Below are positions 61,590 to 64,000 of a DNA stretch of 64,000 nt, one piece after another; position 1 is the stretch's first letter; every line of letters begins with the position of its first letter. Both the position numbers and the translations under genes were made by a program. Source of the stretch: Phoronis australis (lineage: Eukaryota > Animalia > Phoronida); the NCBI GenBank assembly GCA_002633005.1, contig NMRA01000194.1, forward strand, positions 62,001-126,000. Reading direction: 5' to 3'. The notes under the pieces were generated by a model. It was not told the DNA's origin, searched no databases, and saw only the letters and a program-made list of their open reading frames with translations.

Positions 61590-64000
61590 TTAATCCTCTT
61601 CATCAGAGTCGGAGTCTTCACTCCATGGATCATCTTCGAAATCTGACAGTTCTTCAGAAGAACTATCTCTAATGCTTCTTTTTTAATCATTTTATTTCTA
61701 AATACACTAATATTTACAAACAATAAGATCTCTGCAAATGAAACACAGGCACACACACACGCACGCACACATATCTAAATTACAAAAATTCACGGTTGGT
61801 CTAAAATAAATAGGCATTGATGGTTTCCCAAAAGGCAGTTTTGCGGGGTTGTATATTCCTTACTTTACAGTAATTATACAAGAAACATTGAAATTGTGAA
61901 TATTTAGGAATAATCTGGCTTCTAGAACATTTATGGATGAAATACTGGCAAAAAGTTAATATGGTATTGATATCTTCAAAATTACATCCAAAATATGCTG
62001 TCACAATAACATTTCTATCCAAGACTAAATCGTGTTGTGTAGTTACGTAAATTAAAAGTTTCTGAATTTCACACCACAAAGTTTTCACAGAACCACATTC
62101 CACAAACATATGGTTAAAAGTCTCAACAGTTCCACAAGATGCACACTTGTCATCACTAACTATCTCTAATGCTGGTTGCTTCATTCCCAAGGTTACTGCT
62201 GTTGACTTCTGCATTCGAACTGAACAATATGTCAGGAAGAATGGACCCCTAAAACCAAACTGGCAGAAGTGTGTGAGTTTCAGTTGCATGCCAACCATAA
62301 TCAGTTGGTGTCAGTCCATCCCCGGGATATGCTGTCGCGGCACGGGTCCATAGCGCTGTGACGTACTGCGTTCGGCGAATCTTTATCTGCAGAGTACGGA
62401 GACAAGGTGGGAGCAACCCACAGTCAATTCGTTTTAAATTTGCGAGTGGATTCTCCTGAAAGGAAATTAAAAAATATAAGCATAGCTGACTTTGATGGTA
62501 TTTAAAAATTATCAGGTTGAATATTAATATTGTTTACAAGTTATCACTACATACCTCAGCAACTTTGCCAGTCATGTCCATAAGTTTGACGAACTGGGCC
62601 TCGTTAACATCTTTGAGCTTACTTTTTGCGTACATGTGACATACGAATTTAGCGACTAAGCCGACATCGATGCTGCCATGCACATCTCCACAACTAGTGA
62701 ACATATTGATGAACCTTCCATCACTTTCAGTAATGTCCAAGGGTTTGATTTTGCCTTTTCTAGAAAATAAGGAATGACGTATACAATTAATTCATAACAG
62801 AAATCTTTTTTTATTTAAAGGAGGCAACCGTTATACGTTACTTAGACTTCATTTACATGGCAGACGTAATCACAGCAAATCGAATTCAATCAATTCTCCT
62901 CACTGTAATCGAATTCATTCAATTCTTGTCACTACTGCAATAATCAAGATTTCGATAACATACCTATTAAAGGCAGATGTGTATTCACATTCAAGGCATG
63001 GTATCCAGGCATTGCTCTGGGAAGTCCGTACTTGCGCTCTTCAAGAACGTTTGCTATATCGGAAATGTTGATAAATCCTCTGTTACTTCCCATCCCACAG
63101 TCCATGACAACGTTGGTCGTGGATCTTATTTCTCGTCGATGTTGTCCAAGTGTACCAAGCAAGATTATTAAAACATCTGTATCTGAAGCCCTCACCATAA
63201 CATGACCGATTGAAATGTTTGCGACGTGGAACGCAATCAGCGTATCCGCTTCCTCGTGGTCACCTTGGAGATGGGCAGGTTTTGTCACCATGATTTGCTG
63301 GTTATCGTCGGGAAAGAACTGGTAGCAGTCACCACCGTGGGAAACAAACAAGGTTCTCCCACCAAACTAGGCCAATAATAGTCTTTTCTCCATTCCGTCA
63401 AAAGGAACTTCGCCAGTTCATTCTTGAACGCGCTGTTCTTCAGAAGTGTTTATGAGCTCTGTCGCCTAGTTTGATCAGGCCCTGTTATGGCATACATGTC
63501 GTGCAAATGTCCTAAGTTCACTTACAGTCATTGCCCTTTGTGTCATAGAGAGGGACCATCGACGCATTGCGTTCTCTGAGTTGCGGAAAGCCACTATCCC
63601 TGTCATGCTCGATGCTGCATCCCTGTTGACGGACTGTTCCAAAGAGAGGTCAACAGCCGATCTTCTGAAGTTGTTCCTAGTACGTCGCACTGAAAACGCT
63701 CCGTTTTCCAGCACTTCGCGCAATTGTGGGTCTGCAAATTTCTATTTTTGGCATAGTTTGGGCGGTTCAGGGCAAAGAATACATCTAGCATTGTCGGGAA
63801 AATGTTGATATAACCACTGACGTCATTGGTCTTGACGCATCTCTGGAGTTCTCTGTGCGCGCGGTTTATGAGAAAGATGTAGGTTGCCCAAAACTGAGCA
63901 GTTTTGCCATATTTGCCATTAATCACTGTGTGAAAGAAATCTTCATACTTCTGGAGATGCTGAGTGATCACATGATCATCAAGGTTTGCCTCTGTTTGTT
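61590..64000 (-). mobile_element. Academ transposase (3' part), spliced, decayed; continues beyond window end
   Basis: Motifs FFALNRPNYA, DLSLEQSVN, HEEADTLI, ASDTDV, RKGKIKP, LPPC and DYGW, with an acidic tail ending SDSDEED* at ~61590. GT-AG introns lie at ~62760-62963 and ~62457-62554. Confidence 0.85.
61677..62157 (-). mobile_element. Short 5'-truncated L1/Tx1 3' end inserted in the Academ tail, 16-bp TSD
   Basis: AACTATCTCTAATGCT occurs at 61661-61676 and 62158-62173. Zinc knuckle CASCGTVETFNHMFVEC. AATAAA and a short A tail at the 3' end. Confidence 0.88.

Noticed and set aside
61801-62298. 165-aa ORF as a real zinc-finger gene
   Set aside because: Chance read-through from an off-frame Academ sequence into an L1 fragment bounded by a 16-bp TSD.

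Overview
Eukaryotic (animal, most likely marine invertebrate/lophotrochozoan) genomic DNA, AT-rich, with three N gaps. The only convincing host genes are two intronless, paralogous class A (rhodopsin-like) GPCRs (14172-15167 and 33109-34080, both +) that share a conserved proximal promoter. Almost everything else is transposon-derived and often nested. Retroelements: L1/Tx1-, L2/Daphne-, CR1-like and RNase-H-bearing (Ingi/I-group-like) LINE fragments, plus tRNA-derived SINE heads. DNA elements: two internally deleted Kolobok elements (THAP + KolX/P2X7-ballast-like, TTAA targets), a ~9.4-kb foldback element with ~1.8-2-kb modular inverted arms, two hAT transposase relics plus related MITEs with 5-bp TSDs, two Academ elements (one spliced), Helentron-type HINE tandem copies, a decayed SAP/YqaJ + THAP element, a Polinton-type PolB fragment and a RecQ-like stub. 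No prokaryotic system, CRISPR or rRNA is present. All family calls come from motifs recognised by eye; no database search was run.
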